Notes under the pieces: model-generated | Database searches by the model: none | What the model was told of the DNA's origin: nothing | The model's input: only the letters and a program-made list of their open reading frames with translations | Translations under genes and position numbers: made by a program | Assembly (NCBI GenBank): GCA_035531495.1 | Contig: DATKSU010000006.1 | Coordinates: 1,821 to 65,820, forward strand | DNA length: 64,000 nucleotides | From: Minisyncoccota bacterium | GTDB taxonomy: Bacteria > Patescibacteriota > Minisyncoccia > Phycocordibacterales > Phycocordibacteraceae | Direction of reading: 5' to 3' | In this document: piece by piece, positions 38,560-47,948 of the stretch | Layout: the number at the start of each line of letters is the position of its first letter | Position numbering within the stretch: position 1 is the stretch's first letter

Positions 38560-39816
38560 ATGCTCTGCGCTATGAGCCCGGAATCGGTAGCGTATCCTTT
38601 CCTCTTCATCGCGATCTACTTCGAAGTGTTCATCCTCGTGACGCTCCTCTCGAAGCCCGCGCGCGAGGCGCGTCGGCGCGCCCCGCACGCCCTCGGCACG
38701 GCGACCCCCTCGGTCGCCGTCATCGTCCCCTGCTACAACGAGGAAGCCACCGTCGCCCGGACCGCCGAATCGCTCCTCGCCCTCGACTATCCCGCGGACA
38801 AGCTCGAGGTTATCCTCGTCGACGATGGCTCGACCGATGGCACGCCTGCCGCGATGGCGCGCTATGCGCAGCATCCGCAGGTGCGCGTCATCCGTAAAGA
38901 GAACGGCGGCAAACACACGGCGCTCAATGCCGGCATCGCCATGACACACGCCGATTTCATCGGCTGCCTCGACGCCGACTCGTTCGTCGAGCCCGACGCC
39001 TTGCGCGAGATCATGCCGTCGTTCACGGACGGCCGCGTCGCGGCCACGACGGCCGCGATGTCAGTATACGAACCGAAGAAGCTCATCGAGCACATGCAGC
39101 ACGCCGAGTACGTCTTCGGCATCACGTTCCGCCACGCCATCGCATCGGTCAACGGCATCTACGTCACGCCGGGTCCGTTCTCCTTCTACCGCCGGAGCGT
39201 CCTCGAGGAGCTTGGCGGCTTCCGCTACGGCTACCAGACGGAGGACATGGAGATGGCGCTGCGCATCCAGCAGGCGGGGTACCGCATCGAGAACGCCCCG
39301 CATGCGCGCGTCTACACGAAGGTGCCGGATACGGTCGGGAAGCTCATTAAGCAGCGGGTCCGCTGGACGACCGGCTTCCTGCGCAACATCTCGAACGAGT
39401 ATCGCGGCCTCGTCGGCAGCCGCCGCCACGGCGCGCTCGGCGTCCTCGTCCTCCCCACGGCGCTCCTTGCCATCGGGAGCGGCATCCTCCTCTTCTTCCT
39501 CATGCTGTTCCAGCTCACGCAGGGAGCGATCACGACGTTCCAGCTGAATGCGGGCATCCCACTCGCCTACTCGCTCACCCCGCGCGGTTCGCTCGACTGG
39601 TTCTACCTCCCGGCGACGTTCTATACGCTCCTCGGCATCGCAGCGCTCATCGCCGCCCTCTCGCTCATCCTCGTGGGCCGCCGGCTTTCGCGGACGCCGG
39701 GTACGATTGCGCTCGGCCTCGTTTCCTACACGCTCTTCTATGGTTTCGTCGTGCCGTTGTGGCTCGTGGGCGCGACCGCCGACGTCGCCTTCGGCAAGCG
39801 CCGCTCGTGGCGCTAG
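38560..39816 (+). CDS. Processive GT2 glycosyltransferase (cellulose synthase/IcaA-like)
   Basis: VDDGS, LDAD, TED, QRVRW motifs and several TMs. Confidence 0.9.
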   Translation: MLCAMSPESVAYPFLFIAIYFEVFILVTLLSKPAREARRRAPHALGTATPSVAVIVPCYNEEATVARTAESLLALDYPADKLEVILVDDGSTDGTPAAMARYAQHPQVRVIRKENGGKHTALNAGIAMTHADFIGCLDADSFVEPDALREIMPSFTDGRVAATTAAMSVYEPKKLIEHMQHAEYVFGITFRHAIASVNGIYVTPGPFSFYRRSVLEELGGFRYGYQTEDMEMALRIQQAGYRIENAPHARVYTKVPDTVGKLIKQRVRWTTGFLRNISNEYRGLVGSRRHGALGVLVLPTALLAIGSGILLFFLMLFQLTQGAITTFQLNAGIPLAYSLTPRGSLDWFYLPATFYTLLGIAALIAALSLILVGRRLSRTPGTIALGLVSYTLFYGFVVPLWLVGATADVAFGKRRSWR

Positions 39817-39825
39817 CGTCCCGCC

Positions 39826-40497
39826 ATGTCGATCGTCAAGCGCAATGCGCTCATCGCCCTCGCCATCACGGCGGTCCTCGCCGGAACCGTCGCCTTCGCT
39901 ATTAATTACCTGAATAACGCGCGCGTCGGCGAACTCTCGACCATCGAGGATCAGCTGTCCATCGACACGCTCTCGCTCGATACGCAGTTCTCGCTCCTCG
40001 AGGCGGCGCCGTGCGACAGCGCCGCCTCCTCGACCGCGCTCACGGGCGAGCTCGCGGACCTCGGCAGCCGCCTCGCATACGCCGAAGATCAGCTCGGCAG
40101 CACGAATCCGCAGGTCATACGGCTGAAGGAGCAGTATTCCCTGCTCGAGATACGCGACTACCTCATCACGAAGCAGCTCGCCGCAGCCTGCGGCACGAAG
40201 CCGGTCACGGTGCTCTATTTCTATAGCAATGCCGGCGACTGCAGCGACTGCGACAAGGCCGGCTACGCGCTCTCGTACCTGCGCAATACGTATCCGTCCC
40301 TGCGCGTCTACTCGTTCGACTACAACCTCGACCTCGGCGCGCTCACGACGCTCATCTCGCTCACGAAAGTGAAGGATACGCTGCCGGCCTTCGTCATCGA
40401 CGGCAAGACGTACTACGGCTTCACGTCGCTCGCCGACCTCGAGTCGCACTTCCCGAAAGGCGCGCTCGCGACGAGCACGGCCGCGAGCGGCAGCTGA
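39826..40497 (+). CDS. Membrane-anchored protein with thioredoxin-like C-terminal domain
   Basis: TM, coiled region, YFYS..CSDC, TLPAFVID. Confidence 0.65.
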   Translation: MSIVKRNALIALAITAVLAGTVAFAINYLNNARVGELSTIEDQLSIDTLSLDTQFSLLEAAPCDSAASSTALTGELADLGSRLAYAEDQLGSTNPQVIRLKEQYSLLEIRDYLITKQLAAACGTKPVTVLYFYSNAGDCSDCDKAGYALSYLRNTYPSLRVYSFDYNLDLGALTTLISLTKVKDTLPAFVIDGKTYYGFTSLADLESHFPKGALATSTAASGS

Positions 40498-40506
40498 CTA
40501 CCGATG

Positions 40507-40580
40507 AGCCGGGGGTGAGATTCGAACTCACGACCTGCTGTTTACAAAACAGCTGCTCTGACCAACTGAGCTACCCCGGC
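40507..40580 (-). tRNA. tRNA-Thr (UGU), CCA not encoded
   Basis: GCCGGGGTAGCTCAGTTGGTCAGAGCA-GCTGT-TTTGTAA-ACAGC-AGGTCGTGAGTTCGAATCTCACCCCCGGCT cloverleaf. Confidence 0.95.
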
Positions 40581-40662
40581 CGAGTGAGCGAACAGAAGCA
40601 AAAGTAGCATACTTTTGCTTCTGTGAACGAACGAGGTCAGGGTATGTACTCATACCCCGGCG
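40581..40662. repeat. Palindromic element abutting the tRNA-Thr 5' end
   Basis: Perfect stem ACAGAAGCAAAAGTA/TACTTTTGCTTCTGT flanked by GTGAGCGA and GAACGAACG; TACCCCGGC repeated at 40572 and 40653. Confidence 0.7.
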
Positions 40663-40677
40663 AGGGGCGGAACGGGA

Positions 40678-41094
40678 TTATTCTCCCGCACTGAGGTCGG
40701 GGATGTCGGGCTGTGTTGCCTTGAGTCCCGTCTTGAAATCGGACAAGGTCCGAACGAATTCCCGCGCATGCTCGCGCGAGCCCGCGTTTATATCATGATG
40801 CGTGCGGAAATAGCGCACGATGCGCGTGAGGAGCCGCTCGACGAAGCGGACCGCCTGCAGCGAGAATTGCGCGACGTCATGCCCGACGCGGCCTGCCATG
40901 CGGCGCAGCTCATCCCGGACGAACGCGCCGAGATCGACATGCGTTGCGATGAACGCGAGCCGTTCGACGCGCCGATCGAATTCGGCGCGCGGCGCTGCGA
41001 AGAGCCGCAGGCCGCGGCGCGCCTCGTAGGCGGTGAGCGCGAGGAAGCCCGTGAGGAGCGCGAGCGCGATGAGGATGGGAGCGGCGTAGGTCAC
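40678..41094 (-). CDS. Hypothetical membrane protein
   Basis: N-terminal TM; co-oriented immediately downstream of tsf. Confidence 0.65.
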   Translation of the reverse strand: MTYAAPILIALALLTGFLALTAYEARRGLRLFAAPRAEFDRRVERLAFIATHVDLGAFVRDELRRMAGRVGHDVAQFSLQAVRFVERLLTRIVRYFRTHHDINAGSREHAREFVRTLSDFKTGLKATQPDIPDLSAGE

Positions 41095-41099
41095 GGCGG

Positions 41100-41681
41100 T
41101 TAGCGCGCGGAGAAGCGCGCGAAGCGGCTCACCTCGACGCGTTCGCCGAATTTCTGCGTCGCCTCGTTCAGGAGATTGCGCACGGTCTTCGCGTCATCTT
41201 TGATATACGGCTGCTCGAGGAGCACCTGATCGCGGAAATAGCTCGCGAGCTTCCCGTCGAGTATCTTCGCGCGCATCTCCGCCGGCTTGCCCTCGACCTC
41301 CTTCTCGAAGACGGCGGTGGCGGCCTGCATCGCGTCCTCCGGGATATCGCTCATCGCGGCGTACGTCGGGCCGGTCGCCGCGACCTGCATCGCGATCTCG
41401 CGCGCGAGCGCGGCGAACTCGGGATTCTTCGCGACGAAGTCCGTCTCGCACGAGAGGAGTACCATCGCGCCGATGGCGCCGTCATGCACGTAGCTGCCGA
41501 TGGCGCCGGCGCCGAGCGCGCGGTCGGCCTTCTTCTCGGCCGACGCCGCGGAGCGCTTGCGCAGGATGACCTCGGCCTTCGCAAGGTCGCCGCCCGCTTC
41601 CTCGAGCGCCTTCTTGCACTGCATGACGGAGACGCCGGTCGCGTCGCGCAGTGCCTTGATGCGGTCAGTCGTGAGTTCCAT
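41100..41681 (-). CDS. tsf: Elongation factor Ts (short form)
   Basis: LRDATGVSVMQCKKAL, CETDFVA. Confidence 0.96.
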   Translation of the reverse strand: MELTTDRIKALRDATGVSVMQCKKALEEAGGDLAKAEVILRKRSAASAEKKADRALGAGAIGSYVHDGAIGAMVLLSCETDFVAKNPEFAALAREIAMQVAATGPTYAAMSDIPEDAMQAATAVFEKEVEGKPAEMRAKILDGKLASYFRDQVLLEQPYIKDDAKTVRNLLNEATQKFGERVEVSRFARFSAR

Positions 41682-41760
41682 GTGGAGGAATGGGCTTGAT
41701 TCTAGCCGAAGGAGCGGGCGCGCGCAACCGCGTTCTCGAGCGGTGCTATACTCTGCCGGT

Positions 41761-42552
41761 ATGCCGATTGAGAGAATCGTGCATGAGAGCGATGCATCCG
41801 ATTTCTATCGAACCGCCGTCTGGAAGGATACGCCCGCGGGTACGCCGCTCGAGCGTCTCCCGCCGTTCACGCGGGCACAGTATGCTCGCGCACCATTCCT
41901 CACCCGCCTCTACCGCACGCACGGACTCTTCACGAAAGTCGCGTACCACGAAGGGGATCCTTTCCTCATCGGACGCCATCTCGATGATATTGCCGGAGAG
42001 TCCTACGGAGACCCGGGCGACCGCCCGCTCGTCGCTTTCTCGAGCTTGCATGAAGGAATCGAGAAATCGCTGTGGTGCTATAGCAAGAACGTGCTGCCGC
42101 TTATCGCCGATGGTGATCGCGATATCACGGCGATGCTCGCCGAGCGCTACGAGATTGATGCACTCTTGACCGACTCCGCCGAGCTCGCGACGCTGCTCCC
42201 CGCGCTCGCGAGCCGCTTCCCGCTCAACCGCATCCGTCACGTGAGCGTTATTGGCATATCGTTCAACGTGCCTTTCATAGTGCGGATGTTCCCCGGGACG
42301 GCGCTTACTCTCGTGCTCGACCTTCCGGAGACCGGCAGCATCGCCGTCTCGTGCCCGACGGCGCTTGAGGCCGATCGCGCGGTCTTCCACGCAGCGCCGC
42401 ACCGCTTAATCGAACGCGGGCACGATCTGACGATCACTGACGGCCGGTTGCTGCCGACGCCGCTCGTGCGCTATCGAACCGGCATCGGAGTCCGTTTTCT
42501 CGAAAACACATGTGCATGCGATGCAGACGAGAGTTTCGAGTTCGCGGAATAA
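41761..42552 (+). CDS. Truncated, degenerate PaaK/F390-synthetase-like protein
   Basis: LERLPPFT, LPETG, PLVRYRTG and CAC resemble the PaaK family, but the SSGTT loop is absent; TATACT 8 nt before ATG. Confidence 0.6.
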   Translation: MPIERIVHESDASDFYRTAVWKDTPAGTPLERLPPFTRAQYARAPFLTRLYRTHGLFTKVAYHEGDPFLIGRHLDDIAGESYGDPGDRPLVAFSSLHEGIEKSLWCYSKNVLPLIADGDRDITAMLAERYEIDALLTDSAELATLLPALASRFPLNRIRHVSVIGISFNVPFIVRMFPGTALTLVLDLPETGSIAVSCPTALEADRAVFHAAPHRLIERGHDLTITDGRLLPTPLVRYRTGIGVRFLENTCACDADESFEFAE

Positions 42553-42555
42553 TCC

Positions 42556-43704
42556 ATGCGTTACCTCACGAAAAAAGATCTCGGGAAGCGCGTATACGGT
42601 ATCGAGCGGTATCGGCCGCGAGACCCCTCAACGCGCGATCTACATCTTACCGCTTCGAGCGGAACGACGACGGGACTTCCCACGTTCCTCGTCATGTTTT
42701 GGCCGTTGCTAAGCCGCGATAGCACGTATCGGGAATGGTTCGCTTCCCTACACAGCACTGTACGAATCTCGCACAACCACCGCAGAACGCTTCGGTTTTT
42801 CTACTGCGCGCTTATGACCGGAGCGGCGAATCGCATCATTGTGCTCGATAAGCGCGATCTCATTCCTAAGAACCTTTCTCGCATCATGAACGACTATGAG
42901 CCCGTGGTGGTCAATGGTGTGCCGTCACAAGTACTCGCCTGGGCGCAAGCTGTCCGTGATTTCGGCGGAGAGACGCTGTGCCAGCGGATACGATCGGTCC
43001 ATCTCTCCGGAGAGCAATTGGTTGCGTCCCACCAGAAACTCATGCGCGCATTGCTCCCGAATGCAACGCTCCGCAACTATTATTCTCTTTCGGAATCGGC
43101 TTTCCCGACCGCTAATTGCCCCGCGACCGATGAAAACAGATACCACGTGTTTAAAGACTCGCCGACGACTCTCTCCATTGCTGATCCCGACGAGAATGGC
43201 ATCGGAGAAATCATCGTAACGACACATGAGTTCGAGAATTATCGGACCGGAGATCTGGGAAAGCTGGACGTTGTTCCGTGCCCGTGCGGGGAGCATCCGA
43301 CGCTCGTGCTCTACGGGCGGAAGAACTTCGATATATTCAAAGTCTTGGGGGCGCTATTCATAAAGAGCGAGATCGAGCGCGCGCTCGAGCCCTTCGCGGA
43401 TCGCCTCGCCGACTACCAGCTGCGCGTCGGCGAGGCAGAGCGGGGAGAGAAGCTTGTCGGCACGGCGACGCTCGACTTCGTCCCGAAGGACGGCGCGACC
43501 GTGCTCGAGACCGAGCTCGCAGCGCACCTCGCCCGCACGCTCTTCGTGACGAAGACGCGTACGCTCGCGCAGGTTATCGAGGCGGGGATCTTCGAACCGA
43601 TGCGCGCGCAACGTGTCGTAGCGATTGCGCGCGGCAAAAAGACCGCCCACCTGAAACGAGAGATGAGCGAGATGACGGCTAATCCAAGTAACCGGCGCAG
43701 CTGA
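42556..43704 (+). CDS. PaaK-like (phenylacetate-CoA ligase family) adenylate-forming enzyme
   Basis: ASSGTTTG P-loop, LSGE, YYSLSE, YRTGDLG, CPCG, GR. Confidence 0.8.
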   Translation: MRYLTKKDLGKRVYGIERYRPRDPSTRDLHLTASSGTTTGLPTFLVMFWPLLSRDSTYREWFASLHSTVRISHNHRRTLRFFYCALMTGAANRIIVLDKRDLIPKNLSRIMNDYEPVVVNGVPSQVLAWAQAVRDFGGETLCQRIRSVHLSGEQLVASHQKLMRALLPNATLRNYYSLSESAFPTANCPATDENRYHVFKDSPTTLSIADPDENGIGEIIVTTHEFENYRTGDLGKLDVVPCPCGEHPTLVLYGRKNFDIFKVLGALFIKSEIERALEPFADRLADYQLRVGEAERGEKLVGTATLDFVPKDGATVLETELAAHLARTLFVTKTRTLAQVIEAGIFEPMRAQRVVAIARGKKTAHLKREMSEMTANPSNRRS

Positions 43705-43903
43705 TGTAGAGCTGCTTGTGCTCGTTCACGACCGGCCCGCCGACGGGAACCGTGCATGATGCCGCTGCCTGGAGGCTCGTTTGCGGATGCGCGAAAGGAG
43801 CAGCCATTCGTTCGTAGAGGAACGCGCCGAGAGCGAACACGACTGCGCCAATCGCGAACGCCATGAGCGCAATCGGGGCTGGCAATCGGATGAATCGTGG
43901 CAT
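43679..43903 (-). CDS. Small single-TM protein ending LYISCAGYLD
   Basis: 74-aa ORF with clear TM and two Cys; divergent from 43944 gene. Confidence 0.6.
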   Translation of the reverse strand: MPRFIRLPAPIALMAFAIGAVVFALGAFLYERMAAPFAHPQTSLQAAASCTVPVGGPVVNEHKQLYISCAGYLD

Positions 43904-43943
43904 ACCGAGCTAAATCTAGCTTGACTAGTGTAGTATAGGCGCT

Positions 43944-45707
43944 ATGTTCTCCGCGCGCCAATCACTTATCCACATGCCTAGCGGGCGCGGATGGGTTCTG
44001 TTTTTCATCGGAGGATTAGCGCTCGTAATCGGTGGCACAGCATTCTACTACAATGCCGAAATCGCCGACGTCGCGCAAGCGGACGCGCTCGGGCACGCGC
44101 TCCAGGATTATATCGTCCCGACCATCGGGAACGGAGAAGCGACGTATACGGTCGACAGCGGCGGAGTGCGGCGAGACGGCACGGTCGTCACGGGCGCGGC
44201 GGCGCTTCCCGTCCTGCGGCTCGCGTATTTCTCGGTCGCGAACCGCCTCGATCCCATCCTCGCGCTCGATGAGACGTCTACGACATCGCTCGCCGCATCG
44301 GTCGCGGCGCTCAAACATTCCCTTGACGCGCTTGCAGCGCCCTACGATGCACAGGGCAAAGCGCTGCTCGCGGACAGCTTCTACCCTGTGACGTTCCTTG
44401 AGACACTGCCCTCGCTTGAAGCCGAGCGGCGCGCTGTACTTGCGCATCCGACGTACGCGGATGCCATGCAGTACGGGACGGATCTCATCGCGGCGCTCAA
44501 GGCGTATCGTACCGCGCTTAGTAAGAGCTTCGACGCGTTCTCGAGCTTCAACGAGGCGACCTCGACAAATTTCGAATACGTGGTGCCCGGGGGCTCCACG
44601 TCGCCCTCGGCGAACCTTACAGGCCTCGCGTCGCTCGATGCCGACGCGGCGGCGGCTGAAGCGGAAGCGGCGGCACGGCTCGCATGCCTCGAAGGGAACG
44701 GTGATTGTGCGCCGCTCGCCGCGCTCGAGCCGCCCGCATATGTGCCGCCCCTTCCGTCGGCCGTGCCGCCTGTTGCGATGCACGTCCGGTCGCTCCTCGA
44801 CGCGTCCGGGTCGAAGCACGCTGCAGATCTCGGCGAGACGTTCCGTCAGCTCGGCATCGTGGTACTCGCGGGGAGCGCATGCGTACCGGATTTCTCACCG
44901 TTCTACGCATATCTCTGGGAGACGCAGGCTACGAGCAGTGTGCCGGAACTGCGGTACCTTCCCTTGAACGATCTGTATTTCTACGACCTGCGCGCGAAAG
45001 TCGACACCTCGCATTCGCCGTACTACGCGGCGCTCCTCAAAGCGAGCGGCATACGATACCTCAACTTCGGAGTATCGAATCTCTATGAATGCCCGGATTC
45101 CGGATTCGAAGCGATGCAGGTCGCGACGCTCTACGCGCTTGCGCAGGACGCGGCCACGCGGCCGCTCTTTGCGACGACGACCGTCGCAGACCCCGCCCTT
45201 ATGAAGGTCCAGGCGGATGAGCGCCGTATCGCACAGAGTCCGGTCATCCTCGAATCCGAGGTCGCACGCTATGTCGGGGACCTCGCCACCCTCGTGAATA
45301 CCGACGGCGAGACGGAATTGGCCGCGGAGACCTCGCCGGCCACCGTCTTCGAAGCCGAACGCCGTATCGCCCTCGCCCGCGAGCAATCGGCTTCCTTCGG
45401 CAAGGAGATCGCCACGGCCGTCGCGACGAACGCGGTCTCGCAAGCCATCAACCGCATGAAGGCGGGCCCCATACCGCTCTTCGGACTGTACTTCACCCGT
45501 TCGTATCCGTCTCTGTTCTACCTCGCCTGGAACGGGAGCATCGCGCCGGCGCCGGTGTCGTTCTTCGAAACGAAACGGCAGGAACCGCTCGCGAACTTCC
45601 AGATCGTCCCCTATACGCAACTACGCCGCACGTATTCCGACGCGGCCATCCTCCGCTTCATAGAGGCCTCGAATGAGGCGGATCAGGCCGCCGGCGTCCG
45701 TATCTGA
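43944..45707 (+). CDS. Hypothetical exported/membrane-anchored protein (587 aa)
   Basis: N-terminal TM, long open frame, no recognisable catalytic motif. Confidence 0.7.
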   Translation: MFSARQSLIHMPSGRGWVLFFIGGLALVIGGTAFYYNAEIADVAQADALGHALQDYIVPTIGNGEATYTVDSGGVRRDGTVVTGAAALPVLRLAYFSVANRLDPILALDETSTTSLAASVAALKHSLDALAAPYDAQGKALLADSFYPVTFLETLPSLEAERRAVLAHPTYADAMQYGTDLIAALKAYRTALSKSFDAFSSFNEATSTNFEYVVPGGSTSPSANLTGLASLDADAAAAEAEAAARLACLEGNGDCAPLAALEPPAYVPPLPSAVPPVAMHVRSLLDASGSKHAADLGETFRQLGIVVLAGSACVPDFSPFYAYLWETQATSSVPELRYLPLNDLYFYDLRAKVDTSHSPYYAALLKASGIRYLNFGVSNLYECPDSGFEAMQVATLYALAQDAATRPLFATTTVADPALMKVQADERRIAQSPVILESEVARYVGDLATLVNTDGETELAAETSPATVFEAERRIALAREQSASFGKEIATAVATNAVSQAINRMKAGPIPLFGLYFTRSYPSLFYLAWNGSIAPAPVSFFETKRQEPLANFQIVPYTQLRRTYSDAAILRFIEASNEADQAAGVRI

Positions 45708-45734
45708 GATCTTTCGGATGGTGCCGGGAGTGCG

Positions 45735-46433
45735 TTAGGAAGCGCGCCCCGACGCATAAGCGTCCGCGAGTTCCGAGAGGAGGAGGCCGACGGTCTCGCG
45801 CGAGGCATCGTTCGCGACGATTGGGAACGCCGCGTCGGCGAGGTCGCAGTCCGAGCTCATGATGGCGATGACGGGGATGCCGGCGTCCTTCGCTTCCTTC
45901 ACGGCATGCTTCTCGCGCTTCGTATCGACGACGAGGAGGGCATCCGGACGCTTCGCGAGCGTGACGATGCCGTCGAGGCGCGTCTCGAGGCGCCGCTTCT
46001 CGCGATCAAGGAGGACGAGCTCGAGCTTCGTGTGCTGCTTGGCGAGCGCGCCGGTCGCCGTCTTCTCCGTAAGCTCCGCGAGCCGGTCGATGCGCTTCTT
46101 TATCTCGGTCCAGTTGGAGATGGTGCCGCCGAGCCAGCGGGTCGCGACGTATGGTGCGCCGACATCCTCGGCCGCCTTCTTCACGAGCGCGGCGACCTCC
46201 GTCTTCCCGCCGACGAAGAGGACCGTCTTCCCTTCCTTCGCGAACGCCGCGAGCGCGGCCTTCGCGGCCGTGAGCTGCTCGGCCGTCTTCGTGAGGTCGA
46301 TTATCTCATGCCGCCCGCGCGCGCCGACGAGGAACGGCTTCATGGAGGGGTGGCGCCGGCTCTTCACCTGCGCGAAATGCGCCCCTGTGTCGAAGAGGCG
46401 CTGGAGCTCCTGCGTATCGGCTGCGGTCGTCAT
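45735..46433 (-). CDS. rpsB: 30S ribosomal protein S2
   Basis: GAHF, HPSMKPF, RWLGGTISN, IVAND. Confidence 0.96.
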   Translation of the reverse strand: MTTAADTQELQRLFDTGAHFAQVKSRRHPSMKPFLVGARGRHEIIDLTKTAEQLTAAKAALAAFAKEGKTVLFVGGKTEVAALVKKAAEDVGAPYVATRWLGGTISNWTEIKKRIDRLAELTEKTATGALAKQHTKLELVLLDREKRRLETRLDGIVTLAKRPDALLVVDTKREKHAVKEAKDAGIPVIAIMSSDCDLADAAFPIVANDASRETVGLLLSELADAYASGRAS

Positions 46434-46483
46434 TACCCCGCCACTCTAGCCGGGAAAGGCCGCAAACGCAAGCTGGCGCGACG

Positions 46484-47449
46484 TCACGCCTCTTCTGCCG
46501 GCCCGACGCCGCCCGCAGCCGCGGCGGCATGGAGCGCGGCGATGATGTCGCCGATGCCCCCGGCCATGACCTTCGGCAGGTTATGCCAGGATTCCTTGAG
46601 CCGATGGTCAGTCACGCGGTCTTGGAGGTAGTTGTAGGTGCGGATCTTCTCCGAGCGGTCGCCCGTGCCGATCTGCGCCTTGCGCTCGGCCGCGTGCGCT
46701 TTCGCCTCCTTCTCTTCTTGGAGCTGCTCGAGCTTCGCCATGAGGATCTGCATTGCTTTCTCGCGGTTCGCCTGCTGGCTGCGCTCCGCTTGGCTCCTCA
46801 CCTCGATGCCAGTCGGCGTATGGACGAGGCGGACGGCCGTCTCGACCTTGTTCACGTTCTGGCCTCCCGCGCCGCCGGCTCGGGAGAACTCTATCTCGAT
46901 GTTAGCGGGATTGACGGCCACCGTCGATTTCGCGCGGATGGGCAGGATGGCGACGGACGCGGTGGAGGTGTGGATGCGCCCGGACTTCTCCGTCGCCGGG
47001 ACGCGCTGGACGCGATGAACGCCGGTCTCATACCGGAGCGCGTCGTAGGCGTCGGCGCCCGCGACTTCGAAGGTAAGGTCGTCGACGATGCGCGTCTTCC
47101 AGCCGCGCGACTCCGCGTATTTGAGATACATGTTCTCGAGGTCGCGCGCGAAGATGGCCGCTTCGTCGCCGCCCGCTCCGGCGCGCAGCTCCACCACGAC
47201 CGACGTCGGCCGCGCCTTTTCCTCTTTCTCGCGCGCGAGGATGCGCTCGATCTCCGCGAGGATGTCTCCCTGCCGCGTCCGGATGCGCGCGTCGTCCTCG
47301 GCAGCAATCCGCAGGAGTTCCGCGTCCGCGCCGGCCGCGGCGCGCGCGTCCGCCGCCTCATTCTCGAGGCGTTCATATTCTTCCGCGAGGTAGGCGGTCG
47401 CGAAGTTCTTTTTAAACTCTGGCGAATATTCCATCGTGTTCTCCCTCAC
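46484..47449 (-). CDS. prfA: Peptide chain release factor 1
   Basis: GGQ motif, PAT (PxT) stop-recognition motif, downstream of rpmE; start could be 47434. Confidence 0.9.
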   Translation of the reverse strand: MRENTMEYSPEFKKNFATAYLAEEYERLENEAADARAAAGADAELLRIAAEDDARIRTRQGDILAEIERILAREKEEKARPTSVVVELRAGAGGDEAAIFARDLENMYLKYAESRGWKTRIVDDLTFEVAGADAYDALRYETGVHRVQRVPATEKSGRIHTSTASVAILPIRAKSTVAVNPANIEIEFSRAGGAGGQNVNKVETAVRLVHTPTGIEVRSQAERSQQANREKAMQILMAKLEQLQEEKEAKAHAAERKAQIGTGDRSEKIRTYNYLQDRVTDHRLKESWHNLPKVMAGGIGDIIAALHAAAAAGGVGPAEEA

Positions 47450-47475
47450 TCTATCACCCCCATCCTCTTCAGCGA

Positions 47476-47620
47476 GCCTGATGCGGATCGGGAGGCTCTC
47501 GGAAGCGAAACAGCATGGTAATTTCGGCGCCGAAGGGAGGCCGCGACGAAATTTGCGAGCCGAGAGCGAGCGCGCCTGCCCCAGCGGGCAGGCGACGCGT
47601 ACTCCCGATCCGTATCAGGC
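47476..47620. repeat. Structured intergenic element, copy B
   Basis: 19-bp terminal inverted repeat GCCTGATGCGGATCGGGAG/CTCCCGATCCGTATCAGGC enclosing a core homologous to 14475-14606. Confidence 0.78.
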
Positions 47621-47672
47621 GAGCGCCCTATTTCTTCCCAACACACGAAGACGTGTGGACGGGCTTCGGCAG

Positions 47673-47927
47673 CTACCGGCTGCCTCGCTTCGCGGCGCGC
47701 TGCTTGAAGCGCTCGACGCGGCCGGTCTTGTCGAGCATGCGGTCCTCTCCCGTGTAGAACGGGTGCGACTTGCTTGAGATCTCGACGGTCACCTTCGGAT
47801 ATTCCTTCCCCTCGTATTTTGTGGTCTCGGTCGCCCTGATGGTCGAGCCGATGAGAAATTTCTCGCCGGAGGCGAGATCCTCGAAGACGACGGGACGGTA
47901 CTCCGTCGGATGGATATCCTTCTTCAT
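47673..47927 (-). CDS. rpmE: 50S ribosomal protein L31 type B (Cys-free)
   Basis: [25 protein letters not shown]. Confidence 0.95.
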   Translation of the reverse strand: MKKDIHPTEYRPVVFEDLASGEKFLIGSTIRATETTKYEGKEYPKVTVEISSKSHPFYTGEDRMLDKTGRVERFKQRAAKRGSR

Positions 47928-47948
47928 GCGGGCGATACTAGCACACCC

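Noticed and set aside
40507-45707. tRNA-Thr as an attachment site for a prophage or integrative element
   Set aside because: No integrase, phage genes or duplicated tRNA 3' end seen; the island is separated from the tRNA by tsf
46484-47449. Release factor as prfB
   Set aside because: PAT motif and rpmE linkage indicate RF1; no SPF motif or frameshift site
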